A stretch of DNA of 64,000 bases from the NCBI RefSeq assembly GCF_009834535.1, contig NC_045697.1:11720001-11784000 (forward strand). Reading direction: 5' to 3'. Of this stretch, positions 62,267 through 64,000 are shown in pieces. The position numbers and the translations under genes are program-made. Positions within the stretch are counted from its first letter, which is position 1; each line of letters begins with the position of its first letter. The DNA comes from Camelus ferus (Eukaryota). The notes beneath the pieces were generated by a model, which saw only the letters and a program-made list of their open reading frames with translations, ran no database searches and was not told the DNA's origin.

Positions 62267-63641
62267 CTGTGGCTCTCAAAGTGTGGTCCTCAACTCCAGG
62301 GAGTCCTCAGACTCTTTCAGAATACCCACGAGGTCAAGGCTATTTTCATAACAATACTGAGAGATTATTTGCCTTTTTCATTATGTCAACACTCACATTA
62401 ATGGTGGAAAATTAATGGTGGGTTAAACAGCTGATCCTTATCACAAATCAAATCAGTAACACCAAACTGTACTAGTATTTATTGCATTTTTCACCCCATG
62501 CACTCATAGTTTTAAAAAATGCAAGTTTCACTTCACCACTGAATGGAACAGAAAAGAAGAACTAAATTAAATGTCATCCTTGAGTCCGCATCTTCTTAAT
62601 AATTCTTCGTGATGAGATAGAAAGTAAGCATGAAGTACGGAAGTCCTGCACCATGTCGTGAGGATGAGTGCGCATGGTTGTCTGAGTTGCAAGCTGAATT
62701 AGCCATTTTTTCATTAAAAAAAATTATTTGAAAGGATAACTGATAAACAAACTATGGTTATTCAGACTTAGTCAATTGTCCAAGATTTCCTTGCCAATGA
62801 TAAACTTCAGTGAATATTAGAATTCAATTAGGATTAGAAGATTAGTACTGGAATTAATATTAGGATATTAATATTCAAGTGAATATTTGAATTTTGTTAA
62901 GCTTGGATCTGTCACTGTGATCTTGACATTTTCTAATAAAGATTTTTTCCTGATGAGATCAGTGGTGATATTAATGAATGCGGTTTTCTGATATTATATA
63001 ATGAAATATGTCATCATTTGGAAGATCTGTATAACTCAATGAGCCATTATTTTCCAAACGACCAATTTTGAAACTGGAAATGGATGAGTAAAAGACATGC
63101 ACGGGTATAAGACACTCAAAGTACAAGAGAGATCAATACCTTTCATTTCAGATTCCATGTTGCAACTAACCTCTTGAAAACTACCACTTGTTGAATTCTG
63201 GTTTTACATCAGAGAAGAATATCCACAATTATCTTAAATACTCCCCCTTTCCAACTACATATCTGTGACAGGCCAGATTTTCTTTATAAATTTCAAGCTA
63301 AGCAACATATCACAAGAGACTGCAGGAGCAAATACAAGAATCCAGCTGTCTTCATTAAGCCAGACATGAAAGATACTTGTACAAATGTAAATCAATACTA
63401 CTCTCCTCACTAAGACTCTTGGTTTAGAAAATATAGACATTTTTCAATATGATTTAACATGTAATGGGTTTATCGTTTTAAAGGAATTAATAAATAAATG
63501 TGTTTAAATTATGTTTTACTTTCTTATCTCCTATATGGTAAATATCAATAGATATCATGTACTTGTACAAAAGCTCTTTGGGGTTGTCAATAATTTTAAG
63601 AGTATAAAGGGGTCTTGAGAAGAAATATTTGAGAACTATTG
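62267..63641 (+). mobile_element. Charlie1a-like hAT transposon, near full-length
   Basis: Ends 'ctgtggctctcaaagtgtggtcc' and 'tttgagaactattg'; 'cacgaggtcaa..ctattttcataa'; transposase remnant 'ctcccccttt..ccaactacatatctgtg'. Confidence 0.9.
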
Positions 63642-63642
63642 G

Positions 63643-64000
63643 TGTACAGCCACAGTCAGGATCCAATGAGGAGACAGAAGCCACACAGAAGCTTGAACAG
63701 AGAAGGCTTAATATAAAGCTAACTAAAAGAATTTTTCAACATAATAATGAGTAACTACTCTAAATAATGCCCTAGGGCCAAAGAAGAGTACCCAAGGAAG
63801 GACAAAATCTTGCAAGAGAGGGCCCCTCTCCGCAGATGGGATTCAGAGGAAAAGGTGTGGCTGCAGCCCACTGGATGGCCAAGAAGTTCATGGGACTGGA
63901 GCTGGCCCACAGTCTGCAGGTAAGCAGGGAACACCATTCCAGTGCATGGAAGGGGCAGCCTGCAAGTTTGTCCGGATAGCACGAAGTCTGAGTGGACAGT
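63643..64000 (-). mobile_element. ERVL-type LTR fragment, runs off the window end
   Basis: 'cagtcaggatccaatgaggagacagaagccacac' resembles the reverse-complement start of old ERVL LTRs. Confidence 0.45.

Noticed and set aside
1..64000. CRISPR array, operon or other prokaryotic/viral system
   Set aside because: No regularly spaced repeats, no gene-dense coding and no intact retroviral gag/pol/env; the content is eutherian interspersed repeats

Overview
Eutherian mammalian genomic DNA, most likely camelid (alpaca/llama/camel). The evidence is three short tRNA-Ala-like SINEs, cetartiodactyl-type L1 3' ends, and no Alu, B1/B2 or BovB/Bov-A elements. I found no intact protein-coding gene, RNA gene, CRISPR array or prokaryotic system. 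The window reads as intergenic or intronic DNA dominated by transposon fossils: MaLR/ERVL LTRs, L1, L2, L3, MIR, hAT-Charlie, hAT-Blackjack, TcMar-Tigger and TcMar-Tc2. Most ORFs in the supplied track are chance frames or decayed transposon fragments. Best-supported items: (1) a 5'-truncated SET retrocopy that is essentially 3'UTR only, with a 16-bp TSD; (2) a near-complete hAT-Blackjack transposase fossil with both ends; (3) a young twin-primed, 5'-inverted L1 inside it with a perfect 12-bp TSD; (4) a full-length Tigger1; (5) an unclassified solo LTR carrying an 18-bp-periodic POU-like motif array; (6) a palindromic double AATAAA with a good minus-strand poly(A) context, possibly the 3' end of an unannotated transcript. 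Family names come from recalled consensus sequences rather than a search, and most repeat boundaries are approximate (tens of bp). I see no convincing new biological system.
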